Shown piece after piece: positions 25,711 to 38,875 of a stretch of 64,000 nt of DNA. Under the pieces are notes generated by a model. It ran no database searches and was not told the origin of the DNA. It was given only the letters and a program-made list of their open reading frames with translations. Within the stretch, counting starts at the first letter, position 1. Every line of letters starts with the position of its first letter. Position numbers and translations under genes: made by a program. The DNA lies in NCBI RefSeq assembly GCF_018977255.1, contig NW_024704742.1:73286001-73350000 (forward strand), in the 5' to 3' direction. Origin of the DNA: Callorhinchus milii (Eukaryota).

Positions 25711-26499
25711 ATATATAAAACAAAATCTGGTTAGGTGTCACTTACAACACATTTACTTGATTTCACATTTTGACCTTTTTATTGTTTTGAACTTTGAAGC
25801 TGTCATCTAGGTTTATCAGTGCCGCACATAGAGATTGTGAAGCATGAATGAGAGGTATCACATGGCAGAAATAAAACACTGAGAGGCATCACGCAGAGAA
25901 GCACATTACAAGTAAAAGAAATAGTGGGAGAAAAAACATATAGGTAAGTTAGCTTTTCTAAGGCGACATGGAGAGTGGGGGAGGGGGAAGTAAATGAAAT
26001 AAATGGTGCTGTTCATAATATTCACACTAATTTGTGTCCTTATTTGAGTTAACAAATTATTATTTTCTTGATAAATTTAGGTCTCTATAGAATTGAATGC
26101 AATTTCTCCAATAAAATCAGAATGGAATGCAACTTTGCCAATAAAATAAAGAATTATGTTATGTAGGCCTCTTGTATTATACTTTGACTAATTGTAGGTT
26201 CATAGAAATGCACCTTAGAAGCGATTATTTGGTCCACTGAGTTTAAAATGGTGCTCTCCTATTCACTAGAAGTCTAATCCCATTCATAATAGTAATCCTT
26301 ACTTCCCTGTTCCTTTTCTCCTATCTCTTTATGTTGGTTTACTTCAAATGATTAAATAATCTCTTCTAAATGTAACAGCAAGTGACTCGAAATTCAGCTG
26401 TGCAAAACATCACCTACCCTTGTTAACAATTTACCAACCAGTAGGAATAATGTTCCACTTTTACAACTTCGCTGTTCCAGTGAAAACCAACCCAATATT

Positions 26500-27355
26500 T
26501 TATCTAACCCTTGTCCCATCCCTTCCCACCTACATCTGCGACTCTTCTGACACCCTCCACCACTTTAACCAATTCCAGTTTCCTGACCCTAACTATCTCC
26601 TTTTTACGATGGACATTCAATCCCTCTACACCTCCAGCCCCCACCAGGCTGGCCTGCAGCCCCTTCACTTCTTCCTGGAACAGTGGCCCAACCAATCTCC
26701 ATCCACCACCAGCCTCCTCCACCTCACTGAACTTGTTCTCATTTTGAACAACTTTTCTTTCAACTCTACTCACTTCCTCTAAATAAGAGGTGTCGCTATA
26801 GGAATCTACATAGATCCTAGCTATGCCTGCCTTTTTGTAGGATACTTTGAGCAATCTTTATTCCAGTCCTTTTCAGGTCTCCTCCCTGACCTATTCTTCT
26901 GGTACATTGTTGATGCTGCTTCCTGCTCTTACCTTCAGTTGGAAAATTTCATTAATTTTACTTCCAACTTTCACCCCTCCCTTACCTTCACATGGTCTAT
27001 CTCTGACTCTTCCCTTCCCTGATGTCTCTATCTCCATCTCAGGGCATTGACTATCCATTGATATTTACTACAAGCCCAGCAACTCCCACATCTACCTCAA
27101 ATACACTTCTTCTCACCTGGCTTCCTGTAAGGACTCCATTCCCTTCTCCCAGTTTCTCCGCCTCCGCCACACACGCTCTGACAATTCCACCTTCCACACC
27201 AGAGTTTCTGAAATATCCTCCTTTTTCCTCAGCCAAGGTTTCCCCTCCCCCGAGGTAGACAGGGCCCTTGACCGTGTCCATCCTATTTCCCGCACCTTTG
27301 TCCTCACCCCTTCCCTTCACCCCCAGAACTGTGATAGGGTGCCCCTAGTCCTCCA
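26500..27355 (+). mobile_element. Penelope-like RT fragment
   Basis: LPTYICDS...FTMDIQSLYTS...NNFSFNSTHFL; downstream YYKP..SH.YL and IPFSQFLRLR. Confidence 0.88.
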
Positions 27356-27409
27356 GCGTGATCCCACCACAAAACACATTTTTCCATCCCCTCTCCTCTT
27401 CACATTCCT

Positions 27410-27665
27410 CCGCCTCAACTATCCTTTCTACCCCACATCTGCGCCATGACATGCTCTGCCTTCCTCCACCTCCGCAACATCGCCTGGCTCCGCCACTGTC
27501 TCACACTGCAGGATGCCGCAAACCTCATACACTCCTTCATTACATCGAGGCTCGACCATGCAAACTCCCTGCTTGTCGGCCTCCCCAACTCCTCCCTCCA
27601 CAGGCTGCAGATCATCCAGAACTCTGCAACCCATGTCCTCTCCTACACTAGGCTCCACGATCCTA
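27410..27665 (+). mobile_element. L2 fragment
   Basis: HLRNIAWLR...SRLDHANSLL...LQIIQNSA. Confidence 0.85.
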
Positions 27666-28149
27666 ACTTTGGCCTCATTAATATCTTGTATATTTTGCAT
27701 CATGTTCTGACTTTTGTATTCAGTGTCCATATATGAACCTAAATTGCAGTTTTTGTGGCATGTTCTATCTGCACTATGTCTTTAAACGTCTTTGTACCTA
27801 CTCCTCTAGAACTGATTTATCCTCAACATCAATGAGCAATAGACTATTTAGAATCTTTGTTCTTTTTCTGAGAATGTACTTCACATTTCTCAACATTAAA
27901 CTGCATCCACTATCTTTCTGCATGCATTGCAAAATGGTCTATGTCAGTATTTCTCAAACCATTGACAGCAATGACCATGGAATCATAGAACCATGGAAAA
28001 TTATAGCACAGAAGAAGGCAATTTGGCCCATCATGTCTGCTGGCACTTTTAAAAAGCAATCTTTCAGTCCCATTTACCTGCCTTTTCTCCATACTTTCCC
28101 AGCTCAGTTTCTTGATAAAACGTATTGGAGCATTACTAATTGAGCTCGC

Positions 28150-28820
28150 CATGAAGTTATAACACGGAACAAGATCAAAGTTATCCTGCTTGGCTCCCAC
28201 CAATGTCTCCTTACTTCTGGCTCTGACCAATTCTACCTTCCCAGTCCCTTTCTCAAACTCAGCCAACCAGTGCACAACCATGGTGTCAAATTCAGTCCTT
28301 AGCTCTCCTTGCTCGCTTACATATGGTTTCTACTTTTTTTAAATCTCTGCTACACCACTCGCTTGCATCCCTACCACACTTTAGATCTCTTCGGAACCCT
28401 TATCTACGCCTTCGTCACCTCCGGGCTGGATTTTTCCAATACATTCCTCACTGGTCTGCCTAACTCCATAGTCCATAAACTTAAATTTATTCAAAACTCC
28501 ACCACCCACGTCCCCATCCACACCAAAGTCCATATGTCTATGACCCCATTTCTTGTCAGGCTCCACTGGTTCTCTGTTTTGCAGCAGATCGATTTCAAGA
28601 TCCTCACCATCACTTACAAATCCTCTTTGCCTCTCCAATCTTTTCCTACCCCAATCCTTTGGTCGTTGACATGGGTTTGACGTGCACCCCTCCCCCTACC
28701 CACATCACTGTTAACTAAGCTTTCCACTTCTACACCCTAACCTTTGGACTCCCTCCCTTGACCCTTCCATCTTGCTCCCTCTCTGTTTTCAAAGTCTCAC
28801 CTGAAACTTACCTTTTTTAC
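28150..28820 (+). mobile_element. Degraded L2 fragment
   Basis: AFVTSGLDFSN...RLHWF...IDFKIL. Confidence 0.75.
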
Positions 28821-29639
28821 CAGTCATGTTACTACAATGGTGCAAGTGGTACAGTCATGTCAGGGCCCACGAGGTGATGGGGGCCCAACCCAGTGGAGAC
28901 GCATGTTCTCTCACACCTGGTTTTGATAGAGCTGAATCGCACATGCACTTCACAGGGCAAACATTTGCGCGCTACCTCGTGTGAAGGGCATTATATAAAT
29001 GCAAGCTGTTGTTGAGAGAGAGAACATGAGGGGGCGGAGAAGGAAACCAAAGTTTTAGATTCTTGCTCCAGGGCCTTGTTAGGCCACTATTTTTGACCCT
29101 ATCTCTAGTGACCACCCCGTTCCCCCCTCCCTCCTGCTTGGTGTCCATCCCACCATTGCCCAGCGCTCGGAGACATTCTCCTATGTGAAAGGCACTATAT
29201 AAATGTAAGCGGTTGTTTTCTTGGATTGACCCTGGTCCTCACACTGAGGGATTGAGATACACTGGTGGATGCCATCTCGCAGAGTCTCCTGCATTCCACA
29301 TCAGGCTGCTGTACCCCGCAATTTGCCACCGTCAGCAATGGTAAGACATTATTTTCCTTATGTAGGTTTCCAAATCATTAAAACGGATGCCTGATTTATT
29401 TAGATCCATCCCTTTAGCCATGCCCCAAGCGGCTCAGACTAATCGATTCCCCCCCCCCCCCCCCACAGCCCTGATGTTGGGTGTGTGCCTGGCTGGGGGG
29501 GGGGGGGGGGGTTCGGGCATCACCACGGACGGATCTCTGCTTCTGGTGAAGGGGTATCGCTGTGCGATGATGAGAAGAGGCAGTGGTGGCCCTGTTAGGA
29601 TGGAGGTGTCCTCGGGCGGGGACCAGTGATGTGGTGGAG

Positions 29640-30560
29640 GCTGAGCAGGGAGGGAGCTGCAGTGAGTGCTGGATGGCGTGTGGGCTCTGTCAGTACTGAC
29701 GTGTTGGGTTGCAAATCCCCCCCTCAGTTTGCCTGCACCTCGCCCTGTGGTTGCCACTGCTCTGCCTGCGTGCGCTGCTCTCTCCCCCCCTCTCTCCCCC
29801 CACCCCCCCCCCCCCCCCACCCCGACAAGACGGGCAGACAGGACCATTGAGGTCAGGGACGGCCACAGGACATGGAGTTCGGGGTCGGGAACGGTGCGGT
29901 CCCTGGAGTCGACGAGGACCCGGCAGCCGCTTTCCTGGCGCAGCATCAGGATCAGATCGAGGGGATCGAGGGCGAGGAGGGTCTGGAGGAGCCCCTCCAC
30001 AGCCTGGGCACCGGAGGTGAGCACCGCTGGCACTGCCCGCCTCCTGCCTCCCTCCATCCCTCCCTCCCTCCCCCTCCATCCCTCCATCCCTCCATCCCTC
30101 GCTGGGGTGGGCAGCATTGTCTGCTCCTCTGATCCCTGATGTGATGGCACCTTCCCTGTGCGGCCCGGGATGATCCGTGTCGCAGTGAGACAGGTGTCCA
30201 GGAGACAGTGCATCGGGGAAATGCATATATATATATATATATTATATATATATATAGAGAGAGAGAGCTCCGAAGCCATGGGTTTCCCCGGGGACAGCCG
30301 GAGCCCTTTGCGCAGTGTGTCCGCGACTCCACAATCTCATCAGCGCGGATTAATGTGGCGATTAATCGCCAGAAGCGATTGCATTCAATGATGACACACA
30401 CAGGAGGGGAAAAAAAACCCTAAGGGACCCCCAATGGCGCACCAATTGTGATGCAAAGATAAACGATCAGCATCCGACACACCGGCATTTTTTCTCGTTG
30501 GTGGTTTTGCAGTACAATTTACATTGATACGGAGAGGAGTGCGACAACCAGATGGCTGCC
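29640..30560. promoter_or_regulatory. CpG/GC-rich promoter region of the clathrin light chain gene
   Basis: Local CpG enrichment around exon 1 against a CpG-poor background; judged by eye. Confidence 0.55.
29872..30016 (+). CDS. CLTA: Clathrin light chain (CLTA-like) coding exon 1
   Basis: MEFGVGNGAVPGVDEDPAAAFLAQHQDQIEGIEGEEGLEEPLHSLGTG contains the EDPAAAFLAQ light-chain motif; GTGAGC donor at 30017, phase 1. Assignment to CLTA rather than another paralogue is less certain than the family call. Confidence 0.88.
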
Positions 30561-31479
30561 CCTGAGCCACATAGTGACAGATGTTCTGGTGAGCTTATCA
30601 CTTGAGTCTGCATCACATGCTGCACAGAAAAGCAGGTCAGATTCCAGGTGATCAGAATGTGCAGCTGTCACCTTCAGGCTCCTGAGGCTGGCGATGGCTT
30701 CCTCTACATTTTTACAAAGATCTTTAAATTTCATCAGATTTTAGGGTTAGGGTTGCAGTACCGGAGATTGTTTTGGCAGTATCGGAGATTGAACCGATCT
30801 GTTCCTTTAGTTTCGATGCTGACGGTTTGGTAAATGTTTGAACTTCTTGCAGCCCTGATCTGTTAAATGTTTCATTTTAATCCTTACGTTTGATATAAGA
30901 GCGTTTTTCACATTTTGGGGGACGTTTCAAAGCCCTTCAAAGGATATACAGTAATGGGCATAGTTTGAAGCCTAGCATAGCAGCCAATTTGCATCCAGAA
31001 AGGCCCCACAAACAGGCATGAAGTGAATGACCAATTTGATGTGAGGAATTGTTGGGCAGTGGATGGGGCAGATGGGGGAGTAATCCAAGCCGAGAGGATG
31101 GCAAGAGAAAGGGTTGGGCAGAAGATCAGAGAAATATGGTTATGGCTTACCATGAGGGCTTGAAATTGATCCATAGGGAGATATGGAGCCAATGGATGAG
31201 GACTGAGGTGATTGGTTGTGTAGAGTTTTGTGTTGGTGAAGATGCTGGTGGTGGAATTGGAATTTATGGATTGTTGTGTTGTTAATTTAGTCTAACATTA
31301 GGACAGAGGTCTTGTTGTATGACCAAGTATTATATTTCCCAAGTGACAGAATTAACTGGGAACTTGTATAGATTATCATAGAGATTTGATAGGACCCAGG
31401 CCCAAAGGAAGGCTGAAACAATAAATGTCCACTTTATATCTCTTTACTTATTGCCTAAATATGCACATTAGTCATTAAT

Positions 31480-31950
31480 GATGTGCATGTTTGGCGCGTA
31501 TATAAAGGTCTTGGCATGCGCGTTTTGTTGCTGACCCTCCCAAAATGCTCCTGCTTCTACTTCCTACCTTTTGCTACCCACACTCAGTTCTTCTCTCCTC
31601 CTCAACCCTCTCCCATCTTCTCTCCCTTCTGGACCCTTCCACAGCTTCGCTCTGCTCCAGCCTGGGAATCCTTCGGGTTGTTCCAGCCCACTGCTGGTTG
31701 TATCAGAGCAGCCACCCTGACTGCCCCAACCCCCACTTTCTCCGCAAGACCTGCCTCCCCCTGCCCCCGACAGGCAATCCTTCCCTCACCCACATCCTTC
31801 CCAACTCCGCCCTCATTCTCGACAGTCATTCTCCCCCCACAATGTACAACCCTCCCAAACCCATCCCCCCTACATCCTCCCTCACCAGCACCCTTATTCA
31901 CATTGCCATCCAAAATAACATTGCCCTCTCTAACAAAACTCTCACTATCT
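31480..31950 (+). mobile_element. 5' portion of an L2 related to the 1530-5030 element
   Basis: [16 protein letters not shown]...IHIAIQN..LSNK aligns with the N-terminus of the full-length copy. Confidence 0.75.
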
Positions 31951-32049
31951 TAAGCACTCTGAGACGCTACTCTGTGCAAAGGGCACTAAATAAATGCAAA
32001 GTGTTGTTATTGTTGTAGTACCCTTCAGCTAAGTTGAAGCTAAAAATAC

Positions 32050-33400
32050 TGGAGAGGTGCCTGGGAACTGAAGAAAAGCAGATGTTACTCCTATTTTAAA
32101 AAATGGTAGCAAAAGGGACCCAGGAAACTACAGACCAGTGAGTTTGACGTCCATTGTGGGTAACGTTTTGAGGACTCTTATTAAAAACTAGCTGTACTTG
32201 TTGCAGCTACATTTGCAACCAAAAGATCCAATATGGAATGTCGATTGACACACGGACAGACATTTTATCTTTATCTATACTCCCGTGGGGGGACTCCTTT
32301 TGGGAGGACTCGGCACTTTAAACATGTAATTTTGTTGTTGCTACGGCTTAGCTTCGTATGTGTTCTTTATTTTGTTCCCATTGCTTAGCTATGTGTGTGC
32401 TCTGTGACGCAAGATGCCACAGCGTCACGGTCAGCTGGCGCAGCCACCAGGTGTAACTGCAGTGTATGCGTACATACGTAGGTGCTCTGTGACGCACGAT
32501 GTTACAGCGTCACTTTGACTTGGCGGCCACCAGGTTTAACTGAAGTGAAAAATGCAAAACTGAAAATAACTCATGAACGATTGGAGATTCCCGAAAACAA
32601 ATATGCCCATGTCACTTCCAGGGCAAGACCGTTCCGATGAGGTATAAATCATGTCACTATGTCAATTGGTTATTGAGATCCTTCTTGAAGCGCAGACAGA
32701 TATTGTCATTTTATTAGTATAGACTAGATAAGATCAAGGAGCATCTGGACAGTAAATCAATGATAAAAGATAGCCAATATTGGATTATGAAGAGAAGATC
32801 CTTCCAAGCTAATTTACTTGTTTTCTTTGATTGTGTGACAAAGGAGCTTGATAAGGGTAAGGCAGTATATTATAAGGGTAAGGCAGTATATGGATCTCAT
32901 TAAGACCTTTGGTACAGTTTCTCTTGAAAGGCTGGTACTGAAAACAAAGAAAGTGGGAATCAGAGGAAGTATCTTACAATGATTTGAACATACTTAGTAA
33001 GCGAGAAGTAAATAATATGGAACAGGCTCCCAAGGCAGATGGTGGAAGCAGAAAATGTTGATTCTTTCAACAGCAAGAACAACTTACATTTATATAGTGC
33101 CCCTCGTGCAGGATAGTGTCTCCGAGTCGGGGGGAGGGGAAAGTGACAGTAGGGATGGTCGAATAGGAAGGTCTTGAGGCGTGACCTGAAAATGGGGAAG
33201 GAAGGGAAAAGGCGGAGAGATAGAAGAAGATTGTTCCATAGTTTTGGGGAGTAGTGACTGGAAGCGCGGCCACTTTCAAGAATAAATTAGATAGATTTCT
33301 GTTAGAAAATAATATCTCGGGATATAATATATAGTTTGGGACATGTCATGCGACTGCCAGGATGATTGAAGGCAAACTGGATGGCCCTGGTCTTCTGTCA
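32050..33400 (+). mobile_element. Degraded CR1 interrupted by a Helitron and an L2 tail
   Basis: DPGNYRPVSLTSIVG...TLIKN/KIKEHLD continues across the Helitron. Confidence 0.75.
32188..32728 (-). mobile_element. Non-autonomous Helitron (541 bp)
   Basis: Minus strand begins TC(TAGTCTATACTAATAAAA), ends CTAG after a GTTGCA...TGCAAC hairpin, and sits between A and T with no TSD; removing it restores the CR1 frame. Confidence 0.85.
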
Positions 33401-34988
33401 TCCAGCAAATTCATACGTTCTTATGAGTTTACTCATCATATAAAATGCATATGACCTGCCTCTTCCTTTCCTCTGTGTCCACTCGCAGGTGAGATGACGG
33501 GCACTCAGCTTCACTGTATAGCACCCACTATCTCCCACTCCCATCCATCCTCCCAATGCAACCCATCTCCACCCCACATCTATCAATCAACTCCCAACAC
33601 TCTGCAACTCCCATGCACAATGGGAAATGTTTTTTACTTTTCTCCTTCATTGTCTCATCTGTCTGACCATTTATATTCCTCACCTTTGTCCCAGAGAAGC
33701 AATATACAGCATTATATATCTACAAACTTAATGTAGATACTCACGTATCTACAAACTCAATGTCCTTCTGCACACACAATTTTCAAAACTAGTCATTAAA
33801 ATTAATTATTAATGAGCATTCTTTCCACACTAATACAGGGAGAAACCATTATCTTAGGCTACTTCGCCTTTCTGCTCAATAACAGGAAATTTTCTTTACA
33901 TTTCTCTTTCATTATCTCATCCATCTGTACATTTATATTCCTCACCTTTGTCCAGGTGAAGCAATATACAGCATTATTCATGCTGTTCTCGTTATAGAGT
34001 TTACACATTTCATTCAAATCTCTCTTGCGATCTTTTATGTTCCAGTCAAAATGTACTATTACTGAATGTGCAAGTGGGTTGTATAACTGCATCAGAACCT
34101 TAGAGTTAGGTAGGAGGTACACAAAATTCTCATAGATCACCTCTAGCTCACACACAGCTTTCTTTGCTTGCCATAAGAAATGGCTCTGCACGACTTGTTT
34201 TGCTAACTGCTGGCCTACAACAATAAAATGGCTCAGAGCACTTTTTAGTACTTACTGTTAAATGTCATGATTTATTTAAGCATTTTAAAGCAAATGAAGA
34301 AGCAGCTTTGTATAAACAATATGGTCAAAACCTCCACAAATTTATCTGTGTGATTGTTGGGGAGGACACCAGGAGAAACTCCCTTCTCTTTTTGAATAGT
34401 GTCATGGGGTCTTTAGCTGAGCAGCCTGATAGGGTATGTATATAAAGTCATAGTATATATGAATGAATTAATTCTGAGAGAAAAGTAAAGCGGTTATTTT
34501 CTGATTTGGTGTGGGAAGCTGGATTGGATAGGAGGGTTTTAGGCAGTGTTGATTGTCATTATATCTGCTCCAAATTGTTAATAGTGGAGCAGTAATTATT
34601 TCCTCTTTAGGGTAAAGTTGTGATTTATGACTGCAGGAACAATTATAGCATCTGTTCATTAGACTATGTGGTGCATTGTGGAGTGAATTTTGTTCTAAAC
34701 TTGTGGATTTGCTGGTCTGAATTCTATCCTTTGCTCTTCTTCCTAAGTAAAATTAATAACAATCCTTGCATTCAATATAATGCTTTTTATGTCAGGAGGA
34801 CGTCTCAAAGTGCTTCACAGGATTTACTGTAAAGTTCAGTGTTGATGTATGTTGTACGTGAATGTAACAGCTAATTTGCTCACAGCAATGTCCCACAAAC
34901 AACAGGAACAACAACCTACATTTATGTAGCACTCCACATGGGGCAGCGTCCCGGAGCAAACAGCAATGAAGTGAATGATCAAGTTCAT

Positions 34989-35300
34989 GGAGTCCTTTAG
35001 CTCAGTGGTTAGAGCACTCGCTTTGCAAGCAAGAGACCTGGGTTCGATTCCCGGCAGGGTGAAACCTTGGGCAAGTTTCCTTACTCCACACGCCTGATAA
35101 TAATCCCTCAAAAAAATAATAAATTGGTCATTTCAATCCACGACTGTTTGTGATACACCGCTGTGCGCAACTGGCTGCCACATTTCACCCACAAATATAC
35201 AGTCAATTCACTTTACAGTCTATTCTGTGAAGCGCTTTGAGATGTCTAGAACATGTGAAAAGTGCTATACCAAATGCAATGATTATTATTATTATTATTA
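34989..35300 (+). mobile_element. Full-length tRNA-Ala-headed SINE
   Basis: A box TAGCTCAGTGG, TTTGCA anticodon-like loop, B box GGTTCGATTCC, L2-like tail, (TTA)n. Confidence 0.92.
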
Positions 35301-35419
35301 AGTTTATCTAGGGCTGACCAGGACACCAGGAGAAAGTCCTTTCTCTTCGGAATAGTGTCATAGGATCTTTAATGTCCACATTAACAGCAGCATTCAGGAT
35401 TTGGCTTAACATTTCATCT

Positions 35420-36330
35420 GAATGATGGCATTTCTTCACTTTTCTAATCCTCTTCAGTTCCAATCATCTATAATTGGCTTATTTTTGCTGCCAAAGTAAA
35501 TTACTTTGTCAAATTTCATCTGCCATCTATCTGCCCATTCTGCTACTCTATTTATGTCTTCCTGCATTCTTTTGCATTCCTTTTCACCATTTACTGCCCA
35601 CCTCCAGTTTGGTAACATCTCCAAATTTTGACACCACACCTCCGATATCTGAATCCAAATCATTTAGGTATATGGTGAACAGTAGCAGTCCTAACATGGA
35701 TTCCTGTAGCCCACCGCTTCCTACCTTTTGCCAACTTAAGAAAATGCTCTTAACTCCTCACCTTTGCTTTTGGTTTTCTAACCATTCTTTAATCCATTCT
35801 GCTACCTGTCTCATGACTCCACATGCCTCAATTTTAATCATGAATCTCTTGTGTGACACTATATCAAAGGCTTTCTGGGAATTCAAATATTCACTCTCAC
35901 TATAGGATGGTGGAGTTAGGAAGACCAGCCAAAAATGCATCGGAAAAGCCTCGGTAGGAGGTAACAAAGTCGTGGATGAACCAACCTGAGAAAATGCTCT
36001 TAACTCCTGCCTTTTGGTTTTCTAACCATTCTTTAATCCATTCTTCTACCTGTTCCACGCCTCCACATGCCTCAATTTTAGACATGAGTTTCTCGTGTGG
36101 CACTATATCAAAGACTTTCTAGGAATTCAAATATTGGTTAATATGAAAGAATTCAATGAGGTTGGTCAAGAATGACTTTCTTTAATAAATCCATGTCAGC
36201 TGTCCATGCTTAATAATATTTTTCTTCAATGACTAGCTACTCCATCTTTTATTATAGATTCTAATATCCTGCCCAAAAATGATGTTAAGCAACTAGTCTG
36301 TAGTTACCCGGATTAGCTCTATCATCCTTT
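35420..36330 (-). mobile_element. Degraded CR1 fragments with a local duplication
   Basis: QKAFDIVSH...WIKEWL...KQR, MQEDINRVAEWADRWQMKF. Confidence 0.8.
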
Positions 36331-36964
36331 TTACATATTACACAGGTGACATTCCAATGCTCTGGCATGATTCCTTTCTACACAGAGTTGTTAAATATAT
36401 GTATTTTATATATGTAGGGCTTCTGATTTTTGGTTTTAACCAAAACTCCCCAATAGACATACACAAAAAATCGCTGTTTATTGAATAAACACTGCAAAAC
36501 CTGTCCTGACACATGCTATCTTTCACAAACATGAGAGGAGGGAGTCACTGTGTGAAGGCACCACCACCTCACCTTTCCTCAGCACACAATATGTGCAAGC
36601 AGCTCTGATGCTGCCATTAAAAAAAAAACAATTTTTCGAGCTCAAACAAATAATAAACCCTGAAAAATGAATTTGTTAAACCCTGACAAACAGAAGCCCG
36701 ATAAAAACACAACTACAAGTTTATTTTTACAAACACACATTACAAACACACAAAAAAAAAGCCATCTCCTCCCTTGTTTCCTTAAGGCTCATTGCGTGCA
36801 ATCCATCTTGCCAAGGTCACATATTCTCCAAGTTTGTTTAATTTATCTGGTGTTTTACTTCCCATTAATCTTGTTGCACTCTGCTTATCTATTCTTATCA
36901 ATTTTTCTTATCAATTTCCTTGTTGAAAAGTGAACCAAAATATTTCTATCATTTCCTGTATTCA

Positions 36965-37272
36965 TAATAATAATAATAATCCTTGCATTTGTTATAGCGC
37001 TTTTCACGTCTTCTAGACGTCTCAAAGCGCTTCACAGAATAGACTGTAAAGTGAATTGACTGTATATTTGTGGGCGAAATGCGGCAGCCAATTGCGCAAA
37101 GCAGCACAAATAGTTGTGGATTTAATAACCAATTTATTGCTGTTTTTATGAGGGATTGTTATTATCAGGAGTGTGGAGTAAGGAAACTTTCCCAAGGTTT
37201 CGCCCTGCTGGGAATCAAACCCAAGTCTCTCGCTTGCAAAGCGATTGCTCTAACCACTGAGCTACAGACTCC
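36965..37272 (-). mobile_element. Full-length tRNA-derived SINE
   Basis: Same family as 34989. Confidence 0.92.
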
Positions 37273-38189
37273 AATGTAAATGTAAAAGAATGAGTTTTAA
37301 ATTTTTAACAAAATAAGCACCTTTCGATGAGAAAATATATTTGGAATAAATCTAAGTGTTATTCTCCACAGGTGATAATCAATATCTAAACAAAACCAGC
37401 CACATATAGATTTTTAAAAAAATCTAAATGGATTTACACAGCTACCAAATGGAAAAGCAGACCACAAGCAATACAATCCAGATTGTGTCACAAAATGTGG
37501 GAAGAGCTAGCGATACAATCAGCAGATCGTTGTCAGAGGAGTTTGATCGCAACAAGTAACTAAAATCACTCAGGACAGGTTGAAGGTGACAGGAAAGAGA
37601 AACAGTTTGATAGAATCACACTGAAGATAGAGGCATACAGCAAAATGCTAACTACATCTGTGAGCAGATATCACTGTAAGTTCTACATTTATCACCAACA
37701 ATTACAAGAATTGAATATAAAACAATGAAACCACCCTGCAAATATCAGACTTATTAGACCATATAAATCATAATTTAGCTTATTTATGGTGCTGTACCTA
37801 CTTTAAACATTTATTTTGTTGCTAATATGCCTATACAACATCTTACTATTTCTTTTTATATTGTTTTGTAATATTCTCTTTCTGTTTCCTCTTTGTTTTG
37901 CTCAATCCAAAACACAGGTATGTTAGTAAGTTTCTTTATTATCTTTGGGAAAATGGTAGAAAATGCATAAAACAACCCCCACATCTATATTTCTGTGTGT
38001 GGGTGTTTTGGATACTCTTAAGCATGGTGATGGTTTTCCGCGTATGTCATACACCCGGCTAACCAAAACAAAAAACAGAATTACGACTTATATTATACGT
38101 CGTCTCTATATTAGCCTAACTTCAAACAAAACCCTGGTACACTCCACGCTGCACTTAACAATTACCGCCCCATCTCCAACCTTTCCTTT

Positions 38190-38875
38190 CCAAGGTGCTG
38201 GAATGAGTTGTTGCTTCCCAGCTACGTTCATTTTTGATCTTGCCTGGGTTCCCATAGATATGTCAGCTAAAATAATGGTTAAGGTAGGAATAGTACCATT
38301 AAGGGAAAATGGGATAATCTCACAGCAGATAATCAGGAAATGGCGCAAATACTAAATGAATACTATATTTTGCCTCAGTTTTCACAAAGGAAACTGATAA
38401 TGAAAATTTAGTAAGTACAAAAGGGACTGGGTGTAAAATCACAACGGATAAGACAGAGAAGGGACATATTAAATAACTACACAAGCTTAAAGAGGACAAG
38501 TTACCTTGCCCAGATGGACTGCACTCAACAATCCTCAGGGAAACTAGAGAGGAGATAGCTGAGGCTCTAGTATACATATATATATATATATATTAACTGC
38601 AGAGAAAGGAATCATGCCAGAGGACTGGAGAAAAGCCAATATAATACCAATTTTTAAAAAAGGGTGATGAAGTTACAGGCCAGTCAGGTTAATGTTGGTT
38701 ATGGACAAGATATTAGACTCTAGAATAAAAGATGGAGCCACCTGGAGATGCAGAATATAATTAAGAGCAGCCAGCATGGATTTAAGAAAGGGAGGTCATG
38801 TTTGACTAACTTTATTGAATTCTTTCATGATATAACCAATCAAGTAGACAAGGGAAATGCAGTGGATATAGTGTA
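38190..38875 (+). mobile_element. Degraded CR1 ORF2 fragment
   Basis: FASVFTKE, PDGLH, SQHGFKKGRSCLTN. Confidence 0.85.

Noticed and set aside
29434..30401. Overlapping antisense ORFs across clathrin light chain exon 1
   Set aside because: Expected in GC-rich, low-complexity promoter sequence; no recognisable domains.
30741..30754. TTAGGGTTAGGG telomere-like motif
   Set aside because: Only two units; it overlaps a probable short TIR remnant (agggttgca...tgcagccct).
34989..35060. tRNA-Ala-like sequences (also at 62856, 58830 and elsewhere)
   Set aside because: No acceptor stem or terminator; they continue into a SINE body, so they are SINE heads rather than tRNA genes.
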